DNA from: Saccostrea cucullata
Lineage: Eukaryota
Reading direction: 5' to 3'
DNA length: 64,000 nt
NCBI RefSeq assembly: GCF_032062105.1
Contig: NW_026926499.1
Coordinates: 62,001-126,000 of the forward strand
Each line of letters begins with the position of its first letter. Positions within the stretch are counted from its first letter, which is position 1. A model generated the notes under the pieces. That model was not told the origin of the DNA, did not search any database, and worked only from the letters and a program-made list of their open reading frames with translations. The position numbers and the translations under genes were made by a program. Positions 13,382 to 26,439 of this stretch are shown here, one piece after another.

Positions 13382-14505
13382 TCTTTTGTCATATTGTTCT
13401 TGACCAGATTTCCCCCTTGTAATACATATTGTGACCCCATCCTACCCCAATGATCATAATTTACACAATTTGAAATCTACACAACCCAGGATGCTTCCAC
13501 ATAAGTTTCAGTTTTTCTGGTCTAGTGGTTCTTGAGAAGAAGATTTTCAAAGATTTTTCCTATATATTTCTATGTAAAACATTGATTCCCCATTGTGGCC
13601 CCGCCCTACCCCCGGGGGTCAGGATTTGAACAATTTAGAATCTACACTACCCCAGGGTGCTTCCACATAAGTTTCAGCTTTTCTGGCCCAGTGGTTCTTG
13701 AGAAGAAGATTTTCAAAGATTTTTCCTATATATTTCTATGTAAAACATTGATTCCCCATTGTGGCCCCGCCCTACCCCCCGGGGTCAGGATTTGAACAAT
13801 TTAGAATCTACACTACCCCAGGGTGCTTCCACATAAGTTTCAGCTTTTCTGGCCCAGTGGTTCTTGAGAAGAAGATTTTCAAAGATTTTTCCTATATATT
13901 TCTATGTAAAACTTTGATTCCCCATTGTGGCCCCGCCCTACCCCCGGGGGTCATGATTTGAACAATTTAGAATCTACACTACCCCAGGGTGCTTCCACAT
14001 CAGTTTCAGCTTTTCTGGCCCAGTGGTTCTTGAGAAGAAGATTTTCAAAGATTTTTCCTATATACATGTATTTCTATGTAAAACATTGATTCCCCATTGT
14101 GGCCCCGCCCTACCCCCGGGGGTCAGGATTTGAACAATTTAGAATCTACACTACCCCAGGGTGCTTCCAAATCAGCTTCACCTTTTCTGGCCCAGTGGTT
14201 CTTGAGAAGAAGATTTTCAAAGATTTTCCCTGTATATTTCTATGTAAAACTTTGATTCCCCATTGTGGCCCCGCCCAACCCCCGGGGGTCATGATTTGAA
14301 CAATTTAGAATTTACACTATCCCAGGGTGCTTCCACAAAAGTTTCAGCCTTATTGGCCCAGTGGTTCTTGAGAAGAAGATTTTTTAATGACCCCACCCTA
14401 TTTTTGTCTTTTCTTGATTATCTCCCCTTGTGAGGGGACTTGGCCCTTCATTTTAACAATTTAAATTCCTCTTTACCCAAGAATGCTTTGTACCAAGTTT
14501 GGTCA

Positions 14506-14542
<37 letters not shown>

Positions 14543-14600
14543 GTGAAAAGTTTACAGACGGACGGACAGACAGATGGACGGACGGACGACGGACAAAATG

Positions 14601-14649
<49 letters not shown>

Positions 14650-17241
14650 AGAAACTGTTATTGAAAAGTTTAAAGATATACCCAAGTATAAGTTTAATCT
14701 TCTATTGTGGCCCCATTCTACCTCATTCGGAGGACTTGATTTGAACAAATTTGAATTTATACTACCATAAGAGCCTTCTGTATCAATATGATTAATCAAG
14801 GCTTTCTGTTTCTGAGAAGATTTTTAAAGATATTACCTGTATATTCCTTCATAAAACCATAGACCTATAAAGCTTTGATGCCATGTTGTGATCTATGGAA
14901 AGTTTGCTTGATACTTGTCTAGTGTTTCTTGAGAGGAAGTTAGAATGTGAAAAACTTCCAGACCACTCATGGCACACTACAGCCAGACAGACGATGGTCA
15001 CCTTTTGATCAGACAAGCTCTCTTGAACTTTCAGCTCAGGAGAGCCACAAAATCGACAACTAAAAAAAGATACATGTACAAAGAAATACAACATTCTTTT
15101 GACCTCCACAACCAATGTGTACATGTACTTGCATGCAGGTACTCAGACATAATAACATGCAGTGCAAAAATGTGTTCATATTACTTAATATACAGTTTAT
15201 ACACAAGTAATAACAAGCTCTGTACATCTATTGTCATTGCAGGCAGAAGACTAGTGATACAAATACAGCAGCTAACAAGAGGCCCAGGGGCCACATCGCT
15301 CACCTGAGCAGATCGGCTCGGAAAAAAGCACAAATCAGATCAGAATTGAAAAGTTTATGGGGGGAGGGGGGCTTGAATTTTAATACTACTTGAGAATGCC
15401 TCCACATCAATACAGCATATAACTTTGCTGTTCTTGAAAAAAAGAGTTTTAAAGATTTTTTTTACATTTTGTAAAATGTACAGTGTATATACACTTCGTT
15501 ATAATTTGAATTTGATTCCCTGTTGTTTCCCTCCCTACCCCAAAGGGTCATGATTTGAACAAATTTAAATCTTCAATACATGAAGATGCTTACATGTCAA
15601 TATGGCTAAACATAGCTTTTCTGTTTTGGGGATTCCTATCGTAAAACTTTAATCCACCATTGAGACCCCAACCTACCCCTGGGGATTATGATTTGAACAA
15701 ATTATAATCTGCACTACCTGAGGATGCTTCTATAGAAATTTCACTAATCATGGCTTTGCTATTCTTGAGAAGAACATTCTTTTTAAATATATTTTAATGT
15801 AAAACTTGGATCCCCCATTGTGGCCCCACCCTATCCCTGGGGGGTTATTATTTGAACAAACTAAAATCTACACTACCTGAGAATACTTCCATAAATATCA
15901 CTAATCATGGCTTTGCAGTACTTGAGAAGATTTTAAAAGATTTCCAAACATATTCCTATGTAAAACTTTGATTGGCCATTGTGGCCCCACCCTACCCCCG
16001 GGGGTCATGATTTGAACAAACTTGATTCTACACTACCTAAGGATGATTTCACATGAGTTTCATCTTTCCTGTCTCAATGGTTCTTGAGAAGAAGATTTTT
16101 CCTATTGTGGCAGATTAGGTTTATTTACGTTTTCATAATTATTTAATCTTGATCCCAATGTAAATCGTCCATGTTTATTTTGGAAACGCCCACTTTTATC
16201 TTTCGGCCAATAAGGTTTTTTATAGTTTCTTTTGTTCCTTTTTCATATATAAAGCTATGTAACTATTAGATTGGGGAGGGAGAGAGCTGGCTTCACTATC
16301 TAAACTCTTCATATACTGGAATTGTCCCTTGTTCATCCGTCTTAATTGAATTATATTTCTTTAGGTTAGACTATATTTGGGTTAAGTTAGGCTATATTTG
16401 GGTTGGGGAAATAAGGTTTTCATATTGTGTACTATTATAACGTACTGTAAGACTGGTAATAAATTGTAAAGTCTTCTTAATCTTATTTTCTTTTATAGTT
16501 CATTACAATTTACAAATATTTCCAAGGTATAATCTAATGTAGAGGTCTTATATTCAGAAAGTCGTTTCAAAACAAATATAAACACAATGCGGAGTACAGG
16601 CTATATGAACACCAGACCTGCTACACTATATATTCCTTTGTAAAATTTTGATCGGCCATTGTGTGGCCCCACCCTACCCCCGGTGGTTATGATTTCAACA
16701 AACTTGAATCTACACTACCTGAGGATGATTTCACACGAGTTTCACCTTTCCTGTCTCAATGGTTCTTGAGAAGAAGATTTTTAAAGATTTTTCCTATATA
16801 TTCTTATGTAAAACTTTGATTGGCCATTGTGGCCCCACCCTACACCCAGGGGTCATGATTTGAACAAATCTGAATCTACACTACCTGAGGATGATTTCAT
16901 ATGAGTTTCATCTTTCCTGTCTCAATGGTTCTTGAGAAGATTTTTGAAGGTTTTTCCTTTCAACTATTATATCCCTATGTAAAACTTTGATCGGCCATTG
17001 TGGCCCCACCCTACCCCCCAGGGGTCATGATTTGAACAAACTTGAATCTACACTACCTGAGGAATCTACACTACCTGAGGATGAGTTCATATGAGTTTCA
17101 TCTTTCCTGGCCCAGTGGTTCTTGAGAAGAAGATTTTTTAAAAATGCCATTAATTTTTCACAAAATCATAATTATCTCCCCCTGCAAGAGGGCATGGCCC
17201 TTCATTTGAACAAATTTGAATCCCCTTCACCTAAGGATACT

Positions 17242-17281
<40 letters not shown>

Positions 17282-20200
17282 GAAGAAGATGAACATGTGA
17301 AAAGTTTACAACGACAACGCCAACGACAACAACGACAGACGCCGAACAAATTTTGATCAGAAAGGCTCACTTGAGCCTTCTGCTCAGGTGAGCTAAAAAG
17401 CTATATAAAATTGAATTATATGTGAACATTTTCAGAAATACAGTCAAACTTCATTATCCCTAACTTCCAAGGCTTCAAGATAATAAGGCTTAAATACGTG
17501 AAGAAAAATTTGATAGGGATTTTCAGCTCACTTCCACATATCCATGGTGTTACAGATATCAAAGTTCAAGATACTGAAATTCAACTGTATTATTTGACTG
17601 GATACTATGTTCCTAATAATTGTACACAATATTCTGTAATTTATTACATATAAAAAATACTTTAAATTAAAAAAAATTGCCTTCTGAGTAAATTAAGAAA
17701 CAATGACATGCAGAAGGTATAATGAATTGCTCTTGTTTTTTTTTTATTTGTTTAATGTCCTTTTCAAGGATTTTTCACTCATATTGAGACGCCAGCACTT
17801 GTCAGTGGAGAGCTGCAAATTTTAGACTTATGCTCAGCACTCAGGGCCATTGAGCAGAGAGGGATCTTTTTGTGTTGGCACCTATTGCAACATGAGAATT
17901 GGGTTTATATGGTCTCTTCCAAAAGGTGATTTCAACATCCCGCAGTGGGATCGAAACCGAGAGACAAGGATCAGTTCCTTACTCCTTGACTCTAGAGTAA
18001 ACACTCTAACCACTGCACCATTTGGGCAGCCACTCTATTGCATTTTTGTCTTATGAAATACATATTACAACAAATTAAGTCAAAATAAATTATTTATTGC
18101 GTCTTATCTCATTGAAAAGTCCCTTTCTAAAAAAAATCTGACCAAAAATCAATTCTTGGCTTGTAATCACATGCACCACTGCAACAGCATGGAATAAAAG
18201 CAAAAACAGGTTTCTTGATAACCTCTCACAAAAAAGTTAGAAAATAATGTGTTCAGTACTCAAAAATTTTATTCAACTTCAATTTTAAAAGAAAAATAAG
18301 CTCCCTTCCCCACCCTGTATATAACCCCACCCCCTGTGCAGCAATTCCAGACAAAAATATTTTTACTTAAAGTATAAAAAGCTTCATTTTCTAAAAAAAA
18401 AAATTGAATATGTCCAATATATTGTAATTATTGTACTGAAGGGAAAAGTTAGGGTTAAGGGTTAATACCAAGTACCAAATACATGTCTATCTAATGATAC
18501 ATCTATATACATAGTAAGTATTTAATGCTTTCACTAGGAAACGTTAACCCAGTCAATTCAAATGATATATACAATATCTCAAAGAAGAATGAAATATACA
18601 TCATCAATGCTTACTGCAGATAATTAAAGGTATACATGTATTTATAGATAATATACTAAGAGAAAATGAAAATGAACCTTTTCCAAATTTCTAAACATTA
18701 GATGTTGTAAAAATGAGGTAAAATCTCCCTAAAGCTGGAGTATATATGCAAGGAATACATACAGTAAGTTAGTGTTTTATGTGCAATGAACACATACTAT
18801 AAGAGTGCATGTTTATATGAAAGCTTTATACATGTATCCAGATTTATCAATACTTACCAGCTTTGTCTATCGCTTCTGGTACCTTAAATACATCTGTTTC
18901 TTTCACTTAAAAAAAAATATATATAAACATAATTTTCTCTAATCTTGCAGGGGACACAATGAGCAAAGTACAGTAAATAATATGCATTGATATACTTTGA
19001 ATCTGCCCCTACTTTGAATCTGCCCCATAAAAATTTTATGCATATCCTAGCAAACGATTCACGAAAGGATACATTGTAATGAGACATTAGGGTATATTTA
19101 CATGCATGAAAATTGCCTTTATAATTTAGTGATTAACCCCCTCCGCCTTTCAAATTTCAACTTTTAAAGAAAAATATATGCTCTTATGCTGCAATCATCA
19201 TTCTTTTCTGCCGTGAAAGATTTTTTCCCTTGATAATAAACTACTACCGGGTAGTATTTAATTTGATTTTATTTAGTAGTTTCATAAATTTTCTATCGGC
19301 ACAATAGCATTTTCTTCTCTAAATCAATCAGTTCCCATATAGATTTAGACCGACATGCTGACCTTTGTGTCTTTGGCAAGCGAAGGGGAACTTGTCCCTG
19401 CTGCAGTACTTAAACGTCCACTTCTGAGTCTGTGTGTCATGGATAACACAGTCCTTGGTTTCTGTCTCTGACGATGTGTCAAGTCTACAAGCACGAATGA
19501 TAACTTTAATTCTGATTATTCTTTAAAAGCATCTTCTCAGGTTCTGAAGAAACATGTTATAAAAAATGAAGAAACATGTCATAAAATGTTTAAATTTAAA
19601 CACAAAACATAAAGCACTAAAATAATGCTAATTTTTAAGAAAGTCTTCAAAGAAGTTATGAACAAGGTGCTACCAAATGGTATTAATAGGAATGTTGATC
19701 TAAGAATTTAAACAGTTACAATTGCTATAAAGTAAGTTTCCCTCATGCCTTACCTGTTTTGTAGATACCCTGTTGTGCCACTGATCCATTTGATTGCGTT
19801 TTCCACCTCAATGTCATTCAGACCAATCCATACGTTACTCACAGACATGTTGACAGCATAGGCTATAGGAGATAACAAATATTAAAATAAGATTCTATTT
19901 CATACAATAACACAACAAAACATGCACAAATTTGTAGACTGACTTTTATGTTAATTCCACCATCATATAAAATTTGAAAAATTTAGGGGGCATACACTGG
20001 ATTGAATGAGTAAAGGTTTGAACTCAGAATATTTATCTATTTTTTTTTCCAATTTTTATGACAAATTCCACAGTTAAAACCGTTATAAGGACCAAAATAA
20101 ATTTCTACTTTAAGTTCATGTAACTATTTTTGAAGACCTTTGCATTTTTTTGACAAGTGAAGGGAACGTGCTAAGTTTTCATAAAAATTACCAAATATTC

Positions 20201-22327
20201 TTCAATAAAAGGTGAAAGTAAAAAACTTACAAGAGATTGTAAGATTGACAAACTATGATCAGAAAAGCTCACTTGTGCATTTGGTTCTGCCAGTCAAGAA
20301 AAACTTGTCCATACCTTGAAATGCTGTGAAAATGTCTTCCGTTGGCAATATAATCAGGTTAGATAGACTGTATCCACAGTACTCCTGAGCATTAGACCAC
20401 GTCAAGCCATCGACTGGCTGGGTCATGATCTTGTAGCATTCTAAGGGAGATAACTCCTTCCAGTCTGGTGGACATGAGGTATTTCCTAAGAAAAACAAAG
20501 GAGACTCTCTTCACTTAATTATGCATTGCTTTAGCATGTTTTAATACTTTTTTCAATAAATACTGTAAATTCCTTATTTTTCGCGAAATAGCTCTTTAAC
20601 GTCAAATCATGAGAATAATTATTCGCGAATGAACGATTGATGGGGACAATTTACATGGAATCTAGCAACATAAAAATAAAAGCGAGTAACTTAATTTCAC
20701 ATTTAATGCTTCTCGTGAAATTACGCGATAATTAATTCCTCGCTAATTTTTAGGAATCTACAGTAATTGAAGTTCACTATATCTCTTACCAAATGCCTCA
20801 AATTGAAGTATTATGCCTGAATATTGATAGAAATTTTTGTCATTTGTTGAAAATCTCAGATACACATGCTGCCCCTTGCTAGTGACCTCATATGGATTAA
20901 AGTATCCACATATGGACACAAGGACTTCAGAGCTAGCTGTCTCTCCTACAATCAAATATGTATACAGTATTCGATTTGTTAATGAATTCAAAACAATTTA
21001 ACTTAGAAAAACTTTTAAGAATCACTATAATTGAGTGAAAAACTAGGATAGATAGTTTTACTATTGTCCTATGGTTTCTTTGTAAAAATCCCTCCAAAAA
21101 TATGACTGTTAAAACTACTGAATGAAAAATATTTTATTTACAAAATTTTAGAGTATTTGATGATATTACCCCAATTACAAAATTAATAAATCTAATAAGC
21201 ACTCATCAGCTTCTTCATATAAGAGGTTATCTATCTGTGATCTCTCAAAAACTGACCCACTGTCTAACCCCCTCCCCCTCCCCCCAAAAAAAGACTCCTT
21301 GAATGAACATTCAGTATTCAAAAATGCTTTTGACATTCATGCGCGAATTATCAAGCAATTCATTGGCTTGATCACATCATAAAACAAAAACTACTAGACA
21401 TTTATTCATTTTATAAACACTCCCTGCCTAGGATAAAGAGATAACACTCCCTGTCTAGGATAAAGATATCCCTAAATAAAAACTTACCATCTAGTATAAA
21501 GAGGCTATCCCTGGTATAACAAGAAGTGTACGGAGGTGTGTACTCTAAAACTGAGGATAAAATTCGAAAGTGTAGCTTGTTTCCTGATCCTGCGTTAATT
21601 TTCCAGGAGCAGTCCACATTGTTGTCATAGCTACTGGCACCTGAGGCCAGTGTGCGAATCGTCCCTGAAGTCACTCCATCAATGTTCACTGTTTGTTTAT
21701 CCTCACAGTAATAGGTTGTTGCTAATGCTGTTGGTGAGAATTTGGAAAAAGATTACAAATCTTTAAATAAACATTAAAGATACCAACAATGTCCACTTCC
21801 TGCAATAAATCAAATGCAATGAAATCTTAAAATAAAAGTAAAAATAAATCTGAGGTCCTATTTTTCCTTTTTTCTATGAATAAAATTATAGCTACCCATA
21901 TTAGCAAACTGGATAGAAAAAAAATCCATCTAAAGAAACTGTAGAGCTATGGGCCTTATTTTCTGACCAGAAGCATCTTTTGTCAATATTGCAGCTTACG
22001 CCTTTCTCTATAAGTTTTTGACCCTTTGGTTGGTGAACGTAATATGATAAAACATGATACAGTGAACACACTTATAACAAATTGACAATTACAAGGTAAT
22101 AATTTTCACTCCCTGTGACTTTATAACAAATGATATACTTAAAGGATATAAACTGCCAATCCCTGAAACTTTAATATAAGCATGTTTTACCATATATTCA
22201 CTTTGCGGTTAAATTACCGGTGAACATATTTCAATCTTCTAATAAAAAAGACTGTTGCCTTTGACTTACCTTTGCAAATAAAAAATGATATGTAAACTGT
22301 AAAATGTAGAGGGCAAGACAGCTTCAT
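12005..22327 (-). CDS. Single-pass receptor: signal peptide - CUB - C-type lectin - TM - PY-motif tail (~406 aa)
   Basis: Exons 22270-22327 (MKLSCPLHF...), 21488-21727 and 20790-20945 (CUB: YDNNVDCSWKI, C..DSLFILDG, ICG, VYLRFSTND), 20315-20485, 19754-19862, 19363-19484 (CTLD: CPPDW, CY, TWSNAQEYC, WIGLND, DCV, FAC), 18858-18893, 12005-12333 (TM, LPSY/PPSY). All phases compatible. Probable non-coding exon ~24406-24480. Confidence 0.85.
13345..14643 (+). mobile_element. Non-autonomous Helentron carrying a 166-bp Cg170-like satellite array
   Basis: 5' AACAAGAGGCCCATGGGCCACATCGCTCACCTGA, about 5-6 tandem 166-bp units (ORF starts 13595 and 13761), GACG/GACA microsatellite, 3' hairpin GCTCACTTGAGCCTTCGGCTCAGGTGAGC followed by A-run. 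Confidence 0.85.
15274..17396 (+). mobile_element. Second Helentron with ~166-bp satellite array, interrupted by a solo LTR
   Basis: Same 5' motif and 3' hairpin as 13345-14643; more diverged satellite units; ACG/ACA microsatellite near 3' end. Confidence 0.8.
16106..16625 (+). mobile_element. Solo LTR (520 bp), Gypsy-like
   Basis: TGTGGCAG ... CTGCTACA termini; 4-bp TSD CTAT (16102-16105 and 16626-16629); CCAAT, TATA-like and AATAAA motifs in order on + strand. Confidence 0.75.
17745..18031 (-). mobile_element. tRNA-derived SINE (Deu/Nin-type), diverged copy
   Basis: Colinear with the 42700-43002 copy; A and B boxes on - strand. Confidence 0.7.
20561..20765. mobile_element. TA-flanked MITE
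   Basis: TACTGTAAATTCCT ... AGGAATCTACAGTA inverted termini. Confidence 0.7.
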
Positions 22328-22377
22328 AGTTAGCTCAGCATCTGTAAAAAATATAGAATGAATAAAATAATATAATA

Positions 22378-23234
22378 CAGGTGACTCTCAATCTCTCGAA
22401 CATCAAGGGACCGCAAGAAAAGTTCGAGAGATCGAAGGGTTCGAGAGATAGAAATTAAATTAATAAAATCCGGAATTTGCCGTTCCGATCACTGATGTTA
22501 TTCTACTATTATAGATACCAAAAGTATATGTAAATAGAGTTATTGCACGTTTTCAATTGTATTTTACATTGTTACAGGTAATATACTTGATATCAAGTTT
22601 CAATATTTATATGTTCTTATTTCAAGATAACATGAAACCAGAATAGCAATTGTCGGTTTCGCTATTCTGCGGCTTGATCGGGTCCTTCACCAGACTGAGT
22701 GTTCACCAGATTTCTCTTAATTAATCGGTATTCAGTCCTTGAGAAAGGAATTTCTTGTGCAATATTTGCCATACTGGGATTATGTACACTCTGATAAAAG
22801 TTCGTAGTCTATGGGAACTTTTTGAAGCGATAGTCTATAAATTTATTTTCTAAAAATTATCGTCTCGGTTTCAAGTCAAAATAAGTTGTGAATTTGTTTA
22901 TAATTTACCAATAATAACCAATTAATTATACCAACACAAGGACGACCCACAGGTATAGTGTTACCTATGTAAACACCAAATATAATTTTGCTTTCAGGTA
23001 AACCATGCTGCAAAAACTTACACGGCATGTATACACACGCAATCAAAACTTCAATAGATAGAGAGTAAAATTCAATAAAATATGTGTAACGCAAATCCCA
23101 GGTTTTCAATCAAGAGAAAGAACTTGAGAGACGAAGTTAGAGATTCATAAATTTTTAATATATATACACTGGTATAATAAAACACTTGATTACCCCTTTT
23201 GAGTTCAACATGGTGACCCATTGAGAGTCACCTG
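22378..23234. mobile_element. Pogo/Tc1-type non-autonomous element
   Basis: TA|CAGGTGACTCTCAA ... TTGAGAGTCACCTG|TA. Confidence 0.75.
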
Positions 23235-24602
23235 TATCATAATATGAATTACTTAGCTATTGCACTTTTAAAAACAATTGTTTAAACACAGTGAATAATG
23301 CAGATACCTACACTATTTAAATCTTAACTTAAAGCTATGATTTAAAAACTTGTGTAAAAATTCAGTGATTCATGTACAGTGGAGCCTCATTTATCCTGAC
23401 GCTTTGGTTCCTAGTTAATTTGTCCGGATATGTGAAGCGTCCGGATACCCGAATCACCAGTTAAACAAAACAATGTAATATTTAAAACTTGTGTAAAAAT
23501 TCAGTGATTCATGTATATATATAGGTCATTATAAAAAAAATTGTAGACAATTTTAACTTCACTTCTTCATATCTAATGAAAAGAAATTGGAGATCAACCT
23601 ATTATCAAATGAAAAATAATTTCTTTTGTTGACAAGTGCAGTTTAACTCAATTTGATAAAAAGAAACCCATCTTACTTTATTTTAAATTCAACATGCAGG
23701 TTTGCCACATTAAGGCACACACAGTAATATTGTACAGTGAATTAAACTTGTCTAATTTTGCCACCTGGCACCACTGGTTCCAAAGATATATTGGCTGAAT
23801 TGGACAAATTCTGGACTGAAATCACTAAAAGGAACCTGAAATTTTTGTTGTATTAGACAAGATTTCAGAATACACAACATAGGGATTAGACAAGTTTCAC
23901 ATTTCTTAAAAATATATACTTCCAATCTGTATAAATTTCACAGTATTTCGCTCATTACAAATGCTACCTGAATTGACTATTAATCTAATCTGTTTATTGT
24001 TCAAGTAGCACAATTAGTTCAAATTTTTAGGTGAAAGTCAGTACTAATTTCCTAATTTCTTGCCATATATGATCTTTTGCAATTGATTTCTGTTTAACAA
24101 GTCAACTATTAGACACATATGATGTATTGTTTATAAATTACTAAATTCTGACGTTCATTTTTAAAATAATTATGAAATTTATCGTATCATACTAGAACGA
24201 TTTAGCTGAAATTATTCGGGTTCATCGAATACAGATAATGTCAAGCAAAAAAAAAAAAAAAAAAACAACAACAACAAACAAACTGTAATCCTGGGAAGAA
24301 AAATGTTAAGGTACAGTTTTAATTCATCAAGATATTCGACACAGATCTTTCAACCAAATTTCAACCAAATACTCCTTTAATATACACGCCCATATTTCTA
24401 TATACCTTGAAAACGAAGAATATGTTCTTCTCTATCCTTCTATTTCGCAATGTTTATCCTCAATGAGTTTTCTCACCTCCACAAACAGGAGAGGGCAGAA
24501 CAAGAGCGTGTTGACATCCGGTCTGGGTTGCCAGGAAGCAAGGTTGTAGACTAGCAGACTTTAAAATATACCCTTTAGTGCTTCCCTATATTTTAAAGAA
24601 CA

Positions 24603-26439
24603 ATGTCAAAAGGAGCAATGGACCCCTCTACCTTCCAGGCTCTAATTGATAAGATCCATCAGGTAAAGTCACGAGATTTTACGCGTTTCTATGGTAAACA
24701 ATCAGCTGTCAAAATATGCAAACGTTAAGAATATGTCAAAGTGAGAAATTTATTCAGCAATGACATTTAAATAATGTACATTTGTTAATCTATATCTTTT
24801 GGAATCTTTAAATAAATAGAAATTGAATGAATAATCGATGTACATTAAACATGTAATTACTGCATTTCTCTCTAGTAACTCTCACAATGATTTCCCATTT
24901 TCCTCAAAGAGAAATAAGATTTTATAACTGAGACGTATAATGTTTTGAAAATCTTGACAGGAAACAACATCTTCTGAGAAAAAGGTGGAAATTCTTTATA
25001 GCTGTCGAGGATTTTATAATGCAGATCAGGTAATATAATTTTTTTTTCTAAGATGCTTTCTGTAAAAGTCAAAATCCTCTTCATAAAGATAAAACAATAA
25101 AACTATTTTTTAGGCTTCTCGACTGCTTAGTTCCTTTGCCAACCCTGCTGACAAAATCAGAGTACTTCGAATTCTGGAGCCAGTAAGTCAAATGTCTAGT
25201 GAGATTTTGTTAACTATTGATTCTCGATGTAATTTAAAAACTAATCTAATAGTAAAATCTTGTTATTATGAACTTCAACTGGAGAAAATTGAAAAAAAAA
25301 CATCAATATATTTGAGGATTTTATAAATACCTTCAAGAAAATGTGGTTAAAACTTTGACATATCCATGGTTATTTGAGATACATGTACCTTTGTTTGAAA
25401 TACTTAGTTCTTAACTTTGCAGTTTATTTAACTTTTGAATCTATTTCCAGCGATTGTGTCAAATGACCTGTCGGGATGGAAGGGAGATAATTAATGCTGT
25501 CAGCATTCACAATGATAAACTTATTGCCTTAGATTGCATTAAGAGGTGAGAACCAACAAAAGTACCTGTCAATTTATTGTACTTTAAAGAAGAGACATAG
25601 AATATGATAGAAGATATTAATTCATTTGTTTCACCTGAAAATAACTACTCTCCAACTGCTACAGTAAAGCAGGCAGAAGAAACCTATAATGCCTGCTTTA
25701 TCCTATTTTCTTCAGAGTACTTTCGGACTACCAAAGTAAACTGGGTGAGGAGTACATCCTGAGTGCCTTCCCATTTGAAAATGACAAACTTAGGGCAATG
25801 CAAATATTGCAAACAGTGAGTATATCTCTTTCTCAACATTAATAAAACAAGCAAGCATTTATTTGTCTTCCTGTGTACATTACTTCATTCTTTTATAGGT
25901 CAACTCATTTGTTGGAGACCATGTGGCTGCGGGAGGACACCAGGGCTATGCAGCCTTAGGAGGCCTGTATACACAAGCCCGCCCCATGGTGCCTCATCTT
26001 TATGGACCTGTGACTGACCAGGCAAAATTAATACCTGTAAGTTATCAGAAAATTTATTTCTATGGGAAGTTTTATTTGAAATTTCAGTTTTCTATATACA
26101 GTTGTAAGTTATTGAAATCTATCAATTTTCTCATCCACATAAAGAATGTGTAATTCTTAAAAATAATGTATAATTACAAAACTTGTGATTTTTTTGATTT
26201 AGGGTCATGGTAAAATAGAAATTCCTCCAGAAGCCCAGCCTGGTGTTGTTCCTTCTATCTACACTGGTCATCCGTCTTATGCCTACCCCCCAGACAGGAG
26301 TTATGATGAGGACAGGGGCTACCCAGGGAACTCAGACCTAGGCCAGACTCTACCGGGGGATTACCCCAAAGGAGCCCCTCCTCTGGGATATCACAGCGGG
26401 GCCCCAAATCCCACTGGCTTCTTAAAACTGGAGTCATAA
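24603..26439 (+). CDS. DUF4476 (PROSER1 N-terminal-like) protein with Pro/Gly/Tyr-rich tail (~255 aa)
   Basis: Seven phase-compatible exons 24603-24662, 24961-25029, 25114-25182, 25451-25545, 25716-25815, 25899-26036, 26203-26439. MDPSTFQALIDKIHQ...GFYNADQASRLLSSF...DKIRVLRILEP...NDKLIALDCI resembles the recalled PROSER1 N-terminus. Mostly missed by the ORF track because the exons are short. Confidence 0.75.

Noticed and set aside
13595-14643. Repeated 66-aa ORFs as a peptide gene family
   Set aside because: Translations of 166-bp satellite units with non-ATG starts; the same applies to ORFs at 50442-51515 and 28504-29203.
24528-24540. RFX X-box in the CUB-lectin/DUF4476 promoter
   Set aside because: Only the GTTGCC half-site matches; the second half (GAAGC) departs from consensus.
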